Shown here in pieces: positions 10,702 through 20,725 of a DNA stretch of 64,000 nt. Location: the NCBI GenBank assembly GCA_049517415.1, contig JBEKSC010000005.1, forward strand, positions 33,746 to 97,745, written 5' to 3'. Positions within the stretch are counted from its first letter, which is position 1; every line of letters begins with the position of its first letter. Both the position numbers and the translations under genes were made by a program. The notes below the pieces were generated by a model that was given only the letters and a program-made list of their open reading frames with translations, was not told the DNA's origin and did no database searches. This stretch comes from Candidatus Bathyarchaeia archaeon (GTDB lineage: Archaea > Thermoproteota > Bathyarchaeia > 40CM-2-53-6).

Positions 10702-11442
10702 TTGGCGTCGAAAGTCCGAGTCTACATTGAGAACGCACCGAAACTTCGCAAGCCGATAATGGTTTGCGGGCTTCCCGATAGTGGAAACGTTGCGAAGTTG
10801 GTCATCGAACACTTGGTGAAGCAGCTGAACGCGGAGAAATTCGCTGAGATCTATTCAAACTCGTTGCCACCGCGGGTTAGAATTCACGAAGACGGAACTG
10901 TTGACGTCATGAAACATTCAATGTTCTTCTGGAAAGATGGAGGCGGAAAGGAGATTGTTTTCTACACGGGGGACGCTCAACCTTCTAATCCAGAAGCTGC
11001 CTATGCCTTAGCCGACAAGGCTCTCGAGATAGGCCAAAACCTTGGAGCGGACACTGTTCTCACAGTTGGAGCCTACATAACGGGTGAATTATCAAAAGAA
11101 CCTAGAGTGTTCGGAGCCGCAACTGACAAGGAATTGCTCAGAGAGTTTGAGGCAATAGGCGTATCTCAGATCAACGAGGGGAGTGTAACGTGGATGAATG
11201 GATTGCTAGTGGGCCTATCGAAACTGCGCAACATGAAGGCTATCTTCATTTCAGGCGAAACGTCAGGGTACATCGTTGATAATAGGGCAGCACGTGCCGT
11301 CTTGCAAGTGTTGAGCAAAATACTCGCAATCCCTATAGACCTTACAGAACTTGATTTGAAGGCAGCGGAATCTGACCACCTGAAGTCAATGGGAGCAAAG
11401 AAAGAGCGCGTTGAGCAGGACAAGAGGGGTTACATAGGCTAG
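10702..11442 (+). CDS. PAC2 proteasome assembly chaperone family protein
   Basis: GLPDSGNVAKL, GDAQP, GET.GY.VD, C-terminal GYIG. Confidence 0.85.
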   Translation: MASKVRVYIENAPKLRKPIMVCGLPDSGNVAKLVIEHLVKQLNAEKFAEIYSNSLPPRVRIHEDGTVDVMKHSMFFWKDGGGKEIVFYTGDAQPSNPEAAYALADKALEIGQNLGADTVLTVGAYITGELSKEPRVFGAATDKELLREFEAIGVSQINEGSVTWMNGLLVGLSKLRNMKAIFISGETSGYIVDNRAARAVLQVLSKILAIPIDLTELDLKAAESDHLKSMGAKKERVEQDKRGYIG

Positions 11443-11506
11443 CTTGAACTTAGTAGCCTTCGCAAACGAATTTAGGCAGCTAACCTGATGAGATGAAGCA
11501 TCCCTT

Positions 11507-11601
11507 GGGCCCGTAGTCCAGCTGGTTAAGACGTCGCCCTCACATTATCGATGATATGGGAACGGCGGAGATCCCCGGTTCGAACCCGGGCGGGCCCACC
11601 A
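11507..11601 (+). tRNA. tRNA-Val(CAC) with 18-nt intron at 37/38 (11545-11562), encoded CCA
   Basis: GGGCCCG/CGGGCCC acceptor stem, GGTTCGAACCC T-arm, CT-CAC-A anticodon loop; BHB: CTCA/TGGG helix with CAT and AAC bulges. Confidence 0.95.
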
Positions 11602-11646
11602 CCCTAACTGTCATGATGGTCCCGTCTCAAGTAGGCAAGAGTCTCA

Positions 11647-14313
11647 TTATCTGAGCTTGAGTTCTACGAGCACGTCTTCGTGTTCTCTCTTTGTTGTGAA
11701 TCCAAGTTTTTCGCAGAGGCGTATCATCTTCAAGTTCTCCCCCATGATTATTCCGTAAATGCTCTCCACACCTTTCTCTTTGGCAACTTCAATTAGCATG
11801 TCAACTAACTTAATTCCAAGGCCCTTCGCTTGATAATTATCAGATACGACAACGGCAAACTCCCCTTTCTTTTTGTTGGGCTCCAGAATCAGGCGGCTTA
11901 CGCCTACCTCCACCTTGCGATCTCCCTCTCGTGTCTCTGCTATGAACGCCATCTCTCTGTCGTAGTCAATATTGCAGAAACGTACCAGTGCCTCGTGAGG
12001 GAGGTCTTTGATGATTTGAAAGAATCTGAAGCGACTTGTCTCCGACGACAGGCCTCGAATGAACTCTAGTTCCATGGGTTCATCCTCGGGCCTAATAGGG
12101 CGAAGGGTCACCTCGGTCCCGTCCTTTGTCCTCCAAAGCGTAACCCACTTCGTCGGGTAGGGCATTATTACGAGGTTGGGATATGCCTCAGTACGATCGA
12201 GGGCATTCTTATCCAGTATAATCCTCGCATCTAGAACGCACAGTCTTCCTTCCGAGACAACTAGCGGGTTAAGGTCCATTTCCCCAATTTCAGGGAAATC
12301 GACGATCAAGTTTGAGAAGCGTACCATTATTTCTTCTAGCAAGCGGAGGTCTAGTGGCGGTTTATTTCTGAGGCCTTTTGAGAGCGCCTGGTAGATTTTT
12401 GTTTCCTCAAGGACCCGCCTAGCTAGGACTTGGTTTAATGGAGGAAGGCCGATTGAAACATCGTGTAGTAATTCCACGCCTATTCCTCCCATCCCAAATA
12501 AGATGACTGAACCGAAATCTCTGTCCTTCTTTGCCCCGAGTATCAATTCGTAATCGATATTACTCATCATATTTTGGACGTACACACCGTCTATCTTCGC
12601 ATCAGGCTTGGCTTTCCGCGCTCGTTCAAGGAGCGTAACATATGCGTCCTTGACTGCGTGCGATGAGTCAATGCCCGTAATCACGCCCCCGATGTCTGTC
12701 TTGTGCAAGATATCTTCGGACGCGATTTTCATAACGATCGGATAGCCGATGTTCGAGGCAACCATTGCAGCCTGTTCCACGCTTTTGGCTAACGAACCTT
12801 TCGCTCGTGGAATATTGTAGGCATCTAGGAACCTATCAACTTCGGGCTGGGTTAACGCTGTTCTATCCTTGGCGGCTTTGCGGATCAAGACTTTCAGGTG
12901 GCTCTTCGGAGGCGCAAAATCGACTGGAAGTTCCTCCGGGGTCTCGTAAAGAAGTTCAAGGTTTCGTTTGTAGCGATACATGTACATGTAGCTCTTGATG
13001 GCTGCTTCTGGGGTTGCGTAAGTGGGTATGTTATTCTTGTAGAACACCTGTCTAGCTTCGAGGACGCTCTTCTGTCCCATCCAAACGGTGAGCATTGGCT
13101 TACGGCGGTCGGCGGCTATCTTCGCCACTGCTTCTGCTACAAGAGTAGGTTGCGTCGTTCCTTGGGGAGTGTAGATGACTAGGAGGCCGTCCACGTTGGG
13201 GTCGGCGATGCAGGTTCTCACGGCCTGCTCGTATCGTTTGGTGTCCGCGTCCCCTAGTATGTCCATGGGGTCTCCATGGCTCCAGTACGGTGGGAGGACA
13301 GCGTCCATTGCGCGAATGGTACTGTCCGAAAACTTTGCCAGTTCGCCCCCATTTGTAATAATCGAGTCTGCCGCTAGCACTGCTGGTCCTCCAGCATTCG
13401 TAACTATTGCGAGCTGAGGGTCCTGGGGTAGAAATCTGGAGTCCAAGACGGTCGCACAATCGAAGAGGTCTGCTATTTCGTCAACCATCACGACACCTGC
13501 TCGTTTGAATGCTGCGTCGTAAACGGCGTAGTCTCCCGCCAATGCGCCAGTGTGGGATGAAGCTGCATTGGCACCTGCTGCATACTTTCCCGCTTTGATG
13601 ACGATAATTGGTTTGGTTCGGGCGAAACCACGAGCAGCGCTCATGAATTTCTTGGCGTTTCCAACGCCTTCCATGTAGATAATTATGCTTCTGGTGTGGG
13701 GGTCTTCACCTAAGTAGTCAATCATATCTCCGTAGTCGATGTCCAAAGTCGAACCAAGGGAGGCGAACATGCTAAAGCCGATTTCAGCACTGACAGCCCA
13801 ATTGAGCATCGCGGAACCCAGAGCGCCGCTCTGAGAAACAAAAGCTATCTGGCCAGGCTGTGGATTATCCCTCAGAAACGTCGCATTCAGTCCGACCTGC
13901 GGCCTTATGAGGCCGACGCAGTTAGGTCCCAGCACTCGAATGCCATGTTTTGCCTGAATGCTCTTGATTTCATCCTCTAGTTTAGCTCCCTCTGGGCCAA
14001 CCTCCCGAAATCCAGCTGAGATTATCACTATTCCCTCAACTCCGGCCTTGGCGCAATCTTCTACCAAGGCGGGGACCGTTTTGGCTGGTGTAGCGATAAT
14101 GGCTAGGTCAATGTGCTCTGGGACTTCAGCAATGCTGGCGTAACATTTCAGGCCCATAATGCTGCTTCGTTTAATGTTGACAGGATAGATCTTTCTTCGA
14201 TCCTTCCCTAAGAGGAGATTCTTCATTAACGATTGACCGACGGACCCCTCCTCTTCAGAGGCACCAATTGCAGCAACAGCCTTCGGGTTGAGCATTCGCT
14301 CAATGTTAGTCAA
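11647..14313 (-). CDS. Acetate-CoA ligase-family/GNAT fusion (Pat/YfiQ-type protein acetyltransferase)
   Basis: CoA-binding (GPNCVG), SQSGA, SHTGALAG, ATP-grasp (HKTDIGGV), C-terminal GNAT (RPIRPED, QAKGLG). Confidence 0.9.
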   Translation of the reverse strand: MTNIERMLNPKAVAAIGASEEEGSVGQSLMKNLLLGKDRRKIYPVNIKRSSIMGLKCYASIAEVPEHIDLAIIATPAKTVPALVEDCAKAGVEGIVIISAGFREVGPEGAKLEDEIKSIQAKHGIRVLGPNCVGLIRPQVGLNATFLRDNPQPGQIAFVSQSGALGSAMLNWAVSAEIGFSMFASLGSTLDIDYGDMIDYLGEDPHTRSIIIYMEGVGNAKKFMSAARGFARTKPIIVIKAGKYAAGANAASSHTGALAGDYAVYDAAFKRAGVVMVDEIADLFDCATVLDSRFLPQDPQLAIVTNAGGPAVLAADSIITNGGELAKFSDSTIRAMDAVLPPYWSHGDPMDILGDADTKRYEQAVRTCIADPNVDGLLVIYTPQGTTQPTLVAEAVAKIAADRRKPMLTVWMGQKSVLEARQVFYKNNIPTYATPEAAIKSYMYMYRYKRNLELLYETPEELPVDFAPPKSHLKVLIRKAAKDRTALTQPEVDRFLDAYNIPRAKGSLAKSVEQAAMVASNIGYPIVMKIASEDILHKTDIGGVITGIDSSHAVKDAYVTLLERARKAKPDAKIDGVYVQNMMSNIDYELILGAKKDRDFGSVILFGMGGIGVELLHDVSIGLPPLNQVLARRVLEETKIYQALSKGLRNKPPLDLRLLEEIMVRFSNLIVDFPEIGEMDLNPLVVSEGRLCVLDARIILDKNALDRTEAYPNLVIMPYPTKWVTLWRTKDGTEVTLRPIRPEDEPMELEFIRGLSSETSRFRFFQIIKDLPHEALVRFCNIDYDREMAFIAETREGDRKVEVGVSRLILEPNKKKGEFAVVVSDNYQAKGLGIKLVDMLIEVAKEKGVESIYGIIMGENLKMIRLCEKLGFTTKREHEDVLVELKLR

Positions 14314-14442
14314 TTTTCATTCGACCTGTTGAAGCATGACGGTCAGATAAGCGAATTCGCTGGTTCTTGTGAGCGGCAATGTGTGGAACAGAGGAGCTTC
14401 GGTTCCCAAAGATAGGAATAAATTCGTTGACGGTCAGTAGGC

Positions 14443-15441
14443 ATGGACCGTGCTTTGGACAGAATCGCAATAGGTTTCAACCCGACTATTTCGGGAAATG
14501 AGGCTGCAAAGTACGCGCAAACTGCGGAGTTGCATGGTTACGAATCCTTTTGGGTTCATGAAAATCCCTTCATAAAAGACGCAGTTTCCCTCCTCTCAAG
14601 CGCGATATCCGCAACCAGTAGAATCAAACTAGGTTCTGGTTGCGTAAGTGTGGTCACTCGTCATCCTCTACTCGCAACTACCACGTTCTTGTCCCTGAAC
14701 GATATTTCAGAGGGAAGGGCAATCATGGGTATTGGCCTAGGGGGGTTCCCTTGGCTTCCCAAACTTGGCGTTAACGTTTTCCCCGTGCAGGAAACTCAGC
14801 CTCTGAAGAGAATCAGAGAATTTCTGAGCATAACCAATGGACTGCTCAACGGCGACACGGTCTCGCTTAACGGGGAATTCTTCAGGGTTCAAGATATCAA
14901 GCTTGAGCCAAAACCTTCTAGAAAATTTCCAATTTACCTCGCAGCGTTCGGGCCACTATCCCTCAAAATGGCCGCCAAGTTTGTCAGCGGAGTAATCATC
15001 TCCCCGGCCTTGATGACGCCTGAAGTCACTGGTGAGAAAGTTAAGTTTGTCAGGCAAGGAGAAGTAGGAGGTAAGAAAGTTGATGTTGCCTCATACATTC
15101 TATCCGCGGTCTCAAATGATGCTCAGCAGGCCCGCAAGCTGATGAAGTCATACTACTTCCTACAATACCAAGTCGCAGAGGTTCTCAAACCGGAGATATT
15201 CGAAATCTACGGGCTCAAAGAGAAAGATCTTGAACCCATAAAAGAGGCTTGGCGCAAGAGGGACTTTGCCGCGGCTGCTAAGGTCATGCCTGATGCGGTC
15301 GTCGATGCCCTGACGCTGGCTGGGAGTGCAGAGCATTGCGTTGGGCGGTTAAAGGACTACAGGAAAGCTGGAGTGGAGTTGCCGATAATAATGCCAATCG
15401 GAGACATCAACGCAGCGGTACGAGCATTCGCCTCAAAATAA
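14443..15441 (+). CDS. LLM-class flavin/F420-dependent oxidoreductase (Mer-like)
   Basis: AE..GYESFWVHE, TSRIKLG, RHP, SEGRA.MGIG, PIYLAA. Confidence 0.85.
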   Translation: MDRALDRIAIGFNPTISGNEAAKYAQTAELHGYESFWVHENPFIKDAVSLLSSAISATSRIKLGSGCVSVVTRHPLLATTTFLSLNDISEGRAIMGIGLGGFPWLPKLGVNVFPVQETQPLKRIREFLSITNGLLNGDTVSLNGEFFRVQDIKLEPKPSRKFPIYLAAFGPLSLKMAAKFVSGVIISPALMTPEVTGEKVKFVRQGEVGGKKVDVASYILSAVSNDAQQARKLMKSYYFLQYQVAEVLKPEIFEIYGLKEKDLEPIKEAWRKRDFAAAAKVMPDAVVDALTLAGSAEHCVGRLKDYRKAGVELPIIMPIGDINAAVRAFASK

Positions 15442-15466
15442 GTCAGAACTCAGCCGCCGAGTAATT

Positions 15467-16090
15467 GTGGGTCAAGCCTTGCGTGCCACCTCGTTCGAAT
15501 GGGCCGTTCTCTCGCTTGCTTTAGCCGCCAGCTTGTGGGTTCTGGTATTCATTGTCCGCCCCCTCCAATTCTGGATGATGTTAAGCCTCTCTACGCTCGT
15601 TCTCCTAGTTGTTGCGCTCGCCATCAATCGCGGCAAGAAGACAGTTCGCATAAACAGCAGGCTGGTGCTTCTGGGCGTTGTAAGTGGTTTACTATTGTAT
15701 TTTCTATTCTACTTTGGTTTTCAAGCGACTAAGTCAAACCCGATCTTCAGTGAAGGCGTGGGCCGAGTCTACGAACTCCGAACTGTACCAACCTACCTTA
15801 TCGCGTTAGCTTTAGTTTTCCCAATCGGACCTGGTGAGGAAATCTATTGGCGGGGATTGATTCAGCGCAGATTCTCGGAGCGACTGGGATCCAGCGCTGG
15901 ACTCCTAGCTGCAACTTGCGCTTATGCTTTGGTTCATCTTCCTACGCTGGACTTGCCCCTGATCATGACCGCATTTATCGGAGGCCTTGTGTGGGGATAT
16001 ATTTACGAAAGGACAGGGAGTTTGCTTGCGGTTATAGTTTCACATGTCTTGTTCGATTTGCTAATCTTCGTGATCGTTCCATTAGCCTAA
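15467..16090 (+). CDS. CPBP (CAAX/Abi) intramembrane metalloprotease
   Basis: EEIYWRG, YALVH, SHVLFD motifs. Confidence 0.9.
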   Translation: MGQALRATSFEWAVLSLALAASLWVLVFIVRPLQFWMMLSLSTLVLLVVALAINRGKKTVRINSRLVLLGVVSGLLLYFLFYFGFQATKSNPIFSEGVGRVYELRTVPTYLIALALVFPIGPGEEIYWRGLIQRRFSERLGSSAGLLAATCAYALVHLPTLDLPLIMTAFIGGLVWGYIYERTGSLLAVIVSHVLFDLLIFVIVPLA

Positions 16091-17043
16091 CCGATCAGAA
16101 GGCCTAACGTGAGCAGCAGGCCGAAGACTACCGAGAGCGCGAAGGTCGTCTGGGTTAATTTCACGTAGTGCAGAGGGGAATTCGCGGGGGTTTGGTACAA
16201 TCGGATTTGAATCAAGTAGAGGGGGAGGGTTAAGAGAACCAAACCCGTAGACGCGGGGAGGAACCGCCAGAGAATAGCTCCAAGTATTATTGCATATGCG
16301 ATTAGAGTTAGCGCAAAGGAGGTGACAACTGCCTTCTTGCGCCCCACGGTAACCGTGTAACTTTTCTTGGCACTCTTCTTGTAAGCTTCGAAGAAGATTT
16401 GGTCATGGTTGATGAGGACCGTCGTGGTCAGGCACCCTAACGGTAACCCTGCGAGCGCGGGCAGTGGAGATACGTATCCAGCCTGCACATAGAAACATCC
16501 GATTACGGGTAGGACGCCGAACGATAGAAGAACTCCAAGCTCACTCAAACCTAACCCTCGGTACCCTAGTCTAAGAGGCGGAGCGACATGAAAGTATGCA
16601 AAGAACAGACCAATTGCACCAAGCAACAGGATAAACGGACCTGTCAGAAGAGTCAAATAGAGACCCACAATTATGGTCAAGATGAAAAACATATAAGCGG
16701 TAAACTTCGCTTGGCCGTAACTCATCAATCCTCGCGGCAAGACCTTCCATCCGCCAAAATCGGGTGGGAACATATTGTTTGACACAACATCCACTTGGCT
16801 CTCAAAATCGTAAACATCATCAACCGTGTTTGCGGCCAGATGGATCGAAATGCTTCCTAACACAACTAACCCAAACAGGTACGGGCTGAAAGTGCGGTTG
16901 GTCCACCATGCGAGTGCAGTGCCAACAAGAACTGGCGAGAGAATCACCGGCAGGAATTGGGCGCGGCTTAACCTGAGTATTATTGATGCTGTGGTCACGA
17001 TCGAGTTCCTCAAACTCAAGAAACGTGCGCTGTCGAGAGTCAA
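16087..17043 (-). CDS. UbiA/MenA-family prenyltransferase
   Basis: NTVDDVYDFESQVD, PPLRLGYRGLGLSE, multi-TM. Confidence 0.85.
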   Translation of the reverse strand: MTLDSARFLSLRNSIVTTASIILRLSRAQFLPVILSPVLVGTALAWWTNRTFSPYLFGLVVLGSISIHLAANTVDDVYDFESQVDVVSNNMFPPDFGGWKVLPRGLMSYGQAKFTAYMFFILTIIVGLYLTLLTGPFILLLGAIGLFFAYFHVAPPLRLGYRGLGLSELGVLLSFGVLPVIGCFYVQAGYVSPLPALAGLPLGCLTTTVLINHDQIFFEAYKKSAKKSYTVTVGRKKAVVTSFALTLIAYAIILGAILWRFLPASTGLVLLTLPLYLIQIRLYQTPANSPLHYVKLTQTTFALSVVFGLLLTLGLLIG

Positions 17044-17044
17044 A

Positions 17045-17299
17045 TTATAACTGAGAGGGAGTTATCTGACCGTTCCTCGGGAGTTTAAGTTGCAGGATCC
17101 CAGAGTAATTAACAGCCACACCATTATCTACCTTGACGTAATCGCCTTTCTGAACAGGCTTTACCAGGTTTCTGTAGTTGTACCTGACGAAAGTTCGGCC
17201 TGACTCGTCGTCAAGAACGAGCATGAATTGGTTCATGTCGACGATCTTGCCCTCGATGTGTATGTTCCTCATACCGTTGCGGATGTCTTCAATTCTCAC
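17045..17299 (-). CDS. Single OB-fold nucleic-acid-binding protein (SSB-like)
   Basis: MRIEDIRNGM.NI.IEGKI, LDDESG, Y.G.LQL pattern of crenarchaeal SSB/RPA OB folds. Confidence 0.8.
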   Translation of the reverse strand: MRIEDIRNGMRNIHIEGKIVDMNQFMLVLDDESGRTFVRYNYRNLVKPVQKGDYVKVDNGVAVNYSGILQLKLPRNGQITPSQL

Positions 17300-17404
17300 G
17301 TAACCGAGCCCCCAGGGTAATGCCGACTTTAGACCGCCATAGGCGGGCTAGCAACATTAAGGCCTAATCCTTCCGTTCTTTCCGGTCCTCCTTGGATGGG
17401 TTAC
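17300..17404 (-). promoter_or_regulatory. Structured 5' leader of the OB-fold gene
   Basis: Nested stems on the mRNA strand closed by GTAACC/GGTTAC, ending at the GTG start. Confidence 0.5.
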
Positions 17405-17725
17405 CTTCCCGACGCCAATACCAATAACTGCTTTTCAAATCATTCACCACCGCAAGCCCGCTTCAGGATTGAATGCCATACAAGCTGAGGGTAGATGTAA
17501 TCTTCACGGTTTTTCCTTAGGAATTGCCCTGTTTAAGGGTCCCTTACAGCAGAAAACAGCCCTTTTGCGTGGAAAAACGTCAATTTCACTAAGCAAGGGC
17601 TCAGGATGGGTTTCTGCTATAGCTTTAATTACGGTTAGGTGCTTCCTAGGGTTCGGTACGCTGCGGATTCTACTTTTGAGTATTATCTTGGGCGTAACTA
17701 ACCTGTAAAGTGGTGTAAGTGGATT

Positions 17726-17869
17726 ATGAGTCAAGAAGGATACGGCGGCCGAACCATGTACAAAGTTACGTGTTCTGATTGCGGCGCTGAAACTGAAGTG
17801 CCGTTCAAGCCAACACAAGGCCGACCAGTATATTGTAGGGCATGCTACCAGAAGCACAGACGATACTAG
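17726..17869 (+). CDS. CxxC-x17-CxxC zinc-ribbon protein, 47 aa (missed by ORF track)
   Basis: MSQEGYGGRTMYKVTCSDCGAETEVPFKPTQGRPVYCRACYQKHRRY. Confidence 0.9.
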   Translation: MSQEGYGGRTMYKVTCSDCGAETEVPFKPTQGRPVYCRACYQKHRRY

Positions 17870-17973
17870 GTTCTAAACCTGCAGTTATCGTCGTCCTCTT
17901 TCCTTTCTAATTTTTCATTGCATTTTTTGCAATAGTTCAAATCCGAATGTGAACAGTAACTTAACGATTCCAA

Positions 17974-18567
17974 TTGGAATTTGAGAAGCTAGTTCGAAAA
18001 CGCAGAATGGTGCGCAATTTTCGACCAGACCCAATCCGCGCTGATTTGATCAACAGCCTATTTGAGTTGGCTCTTCATGCGCCAAGTGCCGGTTTTAGCC
18101 AAGGCTGGGCCTTTGTAGTAGTAACCGAACATGAACTGAAGAAGAAGATTGGTGAGCTTCAGGGAGAGCTTGATTATTACGCGTCCAGTCGTTTTCATAA
18201 GTTCGTTTCAGAGGCGCCAGTGCTGGTCGTTGCCTGCATCAGCGAGAAGATCTATCACGACCGTTATCGAGAACCAGACAAGCTGAATGAAGATGGAACC
18301 GAAATTGAATGGCCAACTCCTTACTGGTTTTTCGACATCGGATGCGCTTGCATGTTGATCTTCCTCGCAGCCGTCAACAAAGGGTTGGCCGCAGCCTTTA
18401 CAGGCGTCTTTCGCGTCGACCAGATGAAACAGCTTCTCGGGATCCCAAACCACTTCCACCCAGTCGGAGTCCTCTCTTTAGGCTACGCCGCAGCGGATGT
18501 GAAATCCTCGTCCCTTAAGCGGGGTCGAAGGCCCATCAAAGAAGTCGTTCACTATGAACATTGGTGA
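17974..18567 (+). CDS. Nitroreductase family protein
   Basis: RRMVRNF, APSAGFSQGW, LAAVNKGL. Confidence 0.9.
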   Translation: MEFEKLVRKRRMVRNFRPDPIRADLINSLFELALHAPSAGFSQGWAFVVVTEHELKKKIGELQGELDYYASSRFHKFVSEAPVLVVACISEKIYHDRYREPDKLNEDGTEIEWPTPYWFFDIGCACMLIFLAAVNKGLAAAFTGVFRVDQMKQLLGIPNHFHPVGVLSLGYAAADVKSSSLKRGRRPIKEVVHYEHW

Positions 18568-18594
18568 CGGGCGTACATACGATCCACAGCCTGA

Positions 18595-19404
18595 TTAGAA
18601 GAGTTCAAAGACTGGTGAGCTGAGGCAAGTCACGCCACCATCACCCTTCTCAAACTCTGAGACATCGATTTCGATGGGCCTGTAACCCGCATCTTCCAGT
18701 TTTGCTACGGTGGTAGGAAAACCGACGGGTATGATGACCTTGCCTCCACCGATGTATAATGCATCGGCAGCATAAGCTTCATGCTCAGGTATTCTGATGA
18801 ACCTGAAACCCGGGAATGAATCAGGATCTACTAAGTCAGGCGCTATTATCATCGTTCCATTGTTTAGGTATGAGCATCCGCATAAGAGGTGCATAAGCTC
18901 CGTCCTTACCCCGGTTACAAGTTGATTGGCAAGGAAGTTCTTGAACTGCTTAATGCCGTCTGAGTTAGTTCGTTTGGAGTCACCCACAAAAATGCCCTTG
19001 TCAGTAACCACCACGTCGCCCCCTTCCAAAGTACCGGGAGCGTTCACGAAATTCAGCACGCCAACTTGGGCTCTTTGGCTTGCTAGCTCGTCGGTGAGAG
19101 CTTTCGCCTCACCCCTGCGAGTATCTTCTCCGAACCGGCCCATTACGGAGCGAGAGGTACCTAATATGGCTGGGTCTTGCATGAAAACCGAATCTGGGTA
19201 CGCTTCTAATGGCTGAAGCGAGATTACTTCAACGCCCGCTTCTTTCAGGATTGAGCTATACGTTCGGTGTTGTTCTCTCGCTAGCGTTACGTCGATATCG
19301 CTTTTGCTTGGGTTCGTAGAGACGCAGTTAATGTAACTGTCGGACGGAGGGCGAACGAAGGCAACATCGAATAATCTATCAGACTCGCTCATAGCGTTCC
19401 CCAT
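18595..19404 (-). CDS. Dimethylarginine dimethylaminohydrolase / amidinotransferase
   Basis: PDSVFMQD, RRGE, LEGGD, H, EFEKGDGGVTCLS. Confidence 0.9.
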   Translation of the reverse strand: MGNAMSESDRLFDVAFVRPPSDSYINCVSTNPSKSDIDVTLAREQHRTYSSILKEAGVEVISLQPLEAYPDSVFMQDPAILGTSRSVMGRFGEDTRRGEAKALTDELASQRAQVGVLNFVNAPGTLEGGDVVVTDKGIFVGDSKRTNSDGIKQFKNFLANQLVTGVRTELMHLLCGCSYLNNGTMIIAPDLVDPDSFPGFRFIRIPEHEAYAADALYIGGGKVIIPVGFPTTVAKLEDAGYRPIEIDVSEFEKGDGGVTCLSSPVFELF

Positions 19405-19438
19405 CGCTTAGTATTTTCCCGGTGACAATTCGTGTATG

Positions 19439-20617
19439 CTACTCTTGGATTCTAGGGAAGTTCGATAGATATTCGGTGCCCTTTTCCGTATCTAGTATAT
19501 CATCTTCTATTCTGATTCCGCCAATCTTTGGGCCGTAAACTCCAGGTTCAACACTGTGTACCATTCCAGGTTTGAGGAAGTCACTTGACTCGACGTGTAA
19601 TGCGGGGATCGGTTCGTGAACTCCCACGCCAATTCCGTGCCCAAGCCGATGCACCAAATACTCTCCAAGTCCGTGGCGCCGTATGACATCTATCGATACT
19701 CGTGCAATCTTCGCTGCGCTGACTCCAGGTTTTATTGACGCTATCGCTGTGCTTTCCGAATCGAGAACCGCTTCAAGAAGTGATGTCTGTTTTTTGTTAG
19801 GTTTTCCGACAACGAAAGTTCTTGTGGTGTCAGAACTATAGCCGTCCGCCACCACATCAAGTTCCAATAGTGCGAGGTCGCCGTGCTTCAACTTGCGCCG
19901 CGTATTCCCAACAACGTACTTGTAGGCTTCCGAGGTCGACGGCCCTGATACTACGAAAGCGCACGCGACGACACGATTAGCCCGGTGCTCCATCACACCT
20001 CGCGTGACTATCTCGTGCTCAATCTTGGTTGATAACTCAATTTCGGTGAGGCCCGGTTTTAAGTATCGTTCGAATGTTTCCAGTCCGATGCGTGCGATTC
20101 GATTCGCTTTTTTGAGGGCTTTCACTTCTTTCACAGTCTTTATTGAACGTGCTTGGGTCAGAAGCCCAGAAGCGTCCTTCAACTCATACTCTTTGAGTTT
20201 CGCCCTAAGAGCCGTCAGCGTCTTTTGGCCAATCACGTTCAGTTCATACCTTAACGGTGAGGATAGGATGAATTCCCAGGCCTCCTCAACTCCAATGGCG
20301 CCGGAACCTATTCCGATGTCGGTTAGTGCCTTGAGAACCTGTTCCGGCCCCACGTTAAGAGCGCTCCCTAGATGTTCGAATGTCTCCCACTTGTACAACC
20401 TAACATCCGAAACCCAAGTAGGTGGCAGCGTCTCTCCTACAGGGTGTATTAGGACTGGATCTCTTTCGAGCGGGAAAACTAGGTAACTTAGGCCCCTGCC
20501 GCTCCAAGCATCCGATAAGTACGTGACGTTTTCAGGCAGGCGCAAGACTAAAGCCGCGAGGCCTTCCGTGCGCATCATTTCCCAGACACGTTTGAGTTTC
20601 ACTTCGTCGCGAACCAA
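19439..20617 (-). CDS. Xaa-Pro peptidase (M24)
   Basis: DGYSSDTTRT, HRLGHGIG, HE, EPGVY, GIRIED. Confidence 0.92.
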   Translation of the reverse strand: MVRDEVKLKRVWEMMRTEGLAALVLRLPENVTYLSDAWSGRGLSYLVFPLERDPVLIHPVGETLPPTWVSDVRLYKWETFEHLGSALNVGPEQVLKALTDIGIGSGAIGVEEAWEFILSSPLRYELNVIGQKTLTALRAKLKEYELKDASGLLTQARSIKTVKEVKALKKANRIARIGLETFERYLKPGLTEIELSTKIEHEIVTRGVMEHRANRVVACAFVVSGPSTSEAYKYVVGNTRRKLKHGDLALLELDVVADGYSSDTTRTFVVGKPNKKQTSLLEAVLDSESTAIASIKPGVSAAKIARVSIDVIRRHGLGEYLVHRLGHGIGVGVHEPIPALHVESSDFLKPGMVHSVEPGVYGPKIGGIRIEDDILDTEKGTEYLSNFPRIQE

Positions 20618-20725
20618 ACCTGCACCACCGAAACGGGTTGTGATTGTTTTAGAGTTAATAGGTTTCCCGTAAACGGAAAAGAAAAATTCACGCGACCTCG
20701 AAGATAGCAGTGTTGGAATGATTTC

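Noticed and set aside
11507..11601. tRNA-Val as the element's attachment site, or as an unusual intron
   Set aside because: No duplicated 3' end seen, 15 kb from the element; the intron is canonical 37/38 BHB
17504..17857. 117-aa minus-strand ORF
   Set aside because: Shadow of the CxxC-x17-CxxC gene and its upstream region
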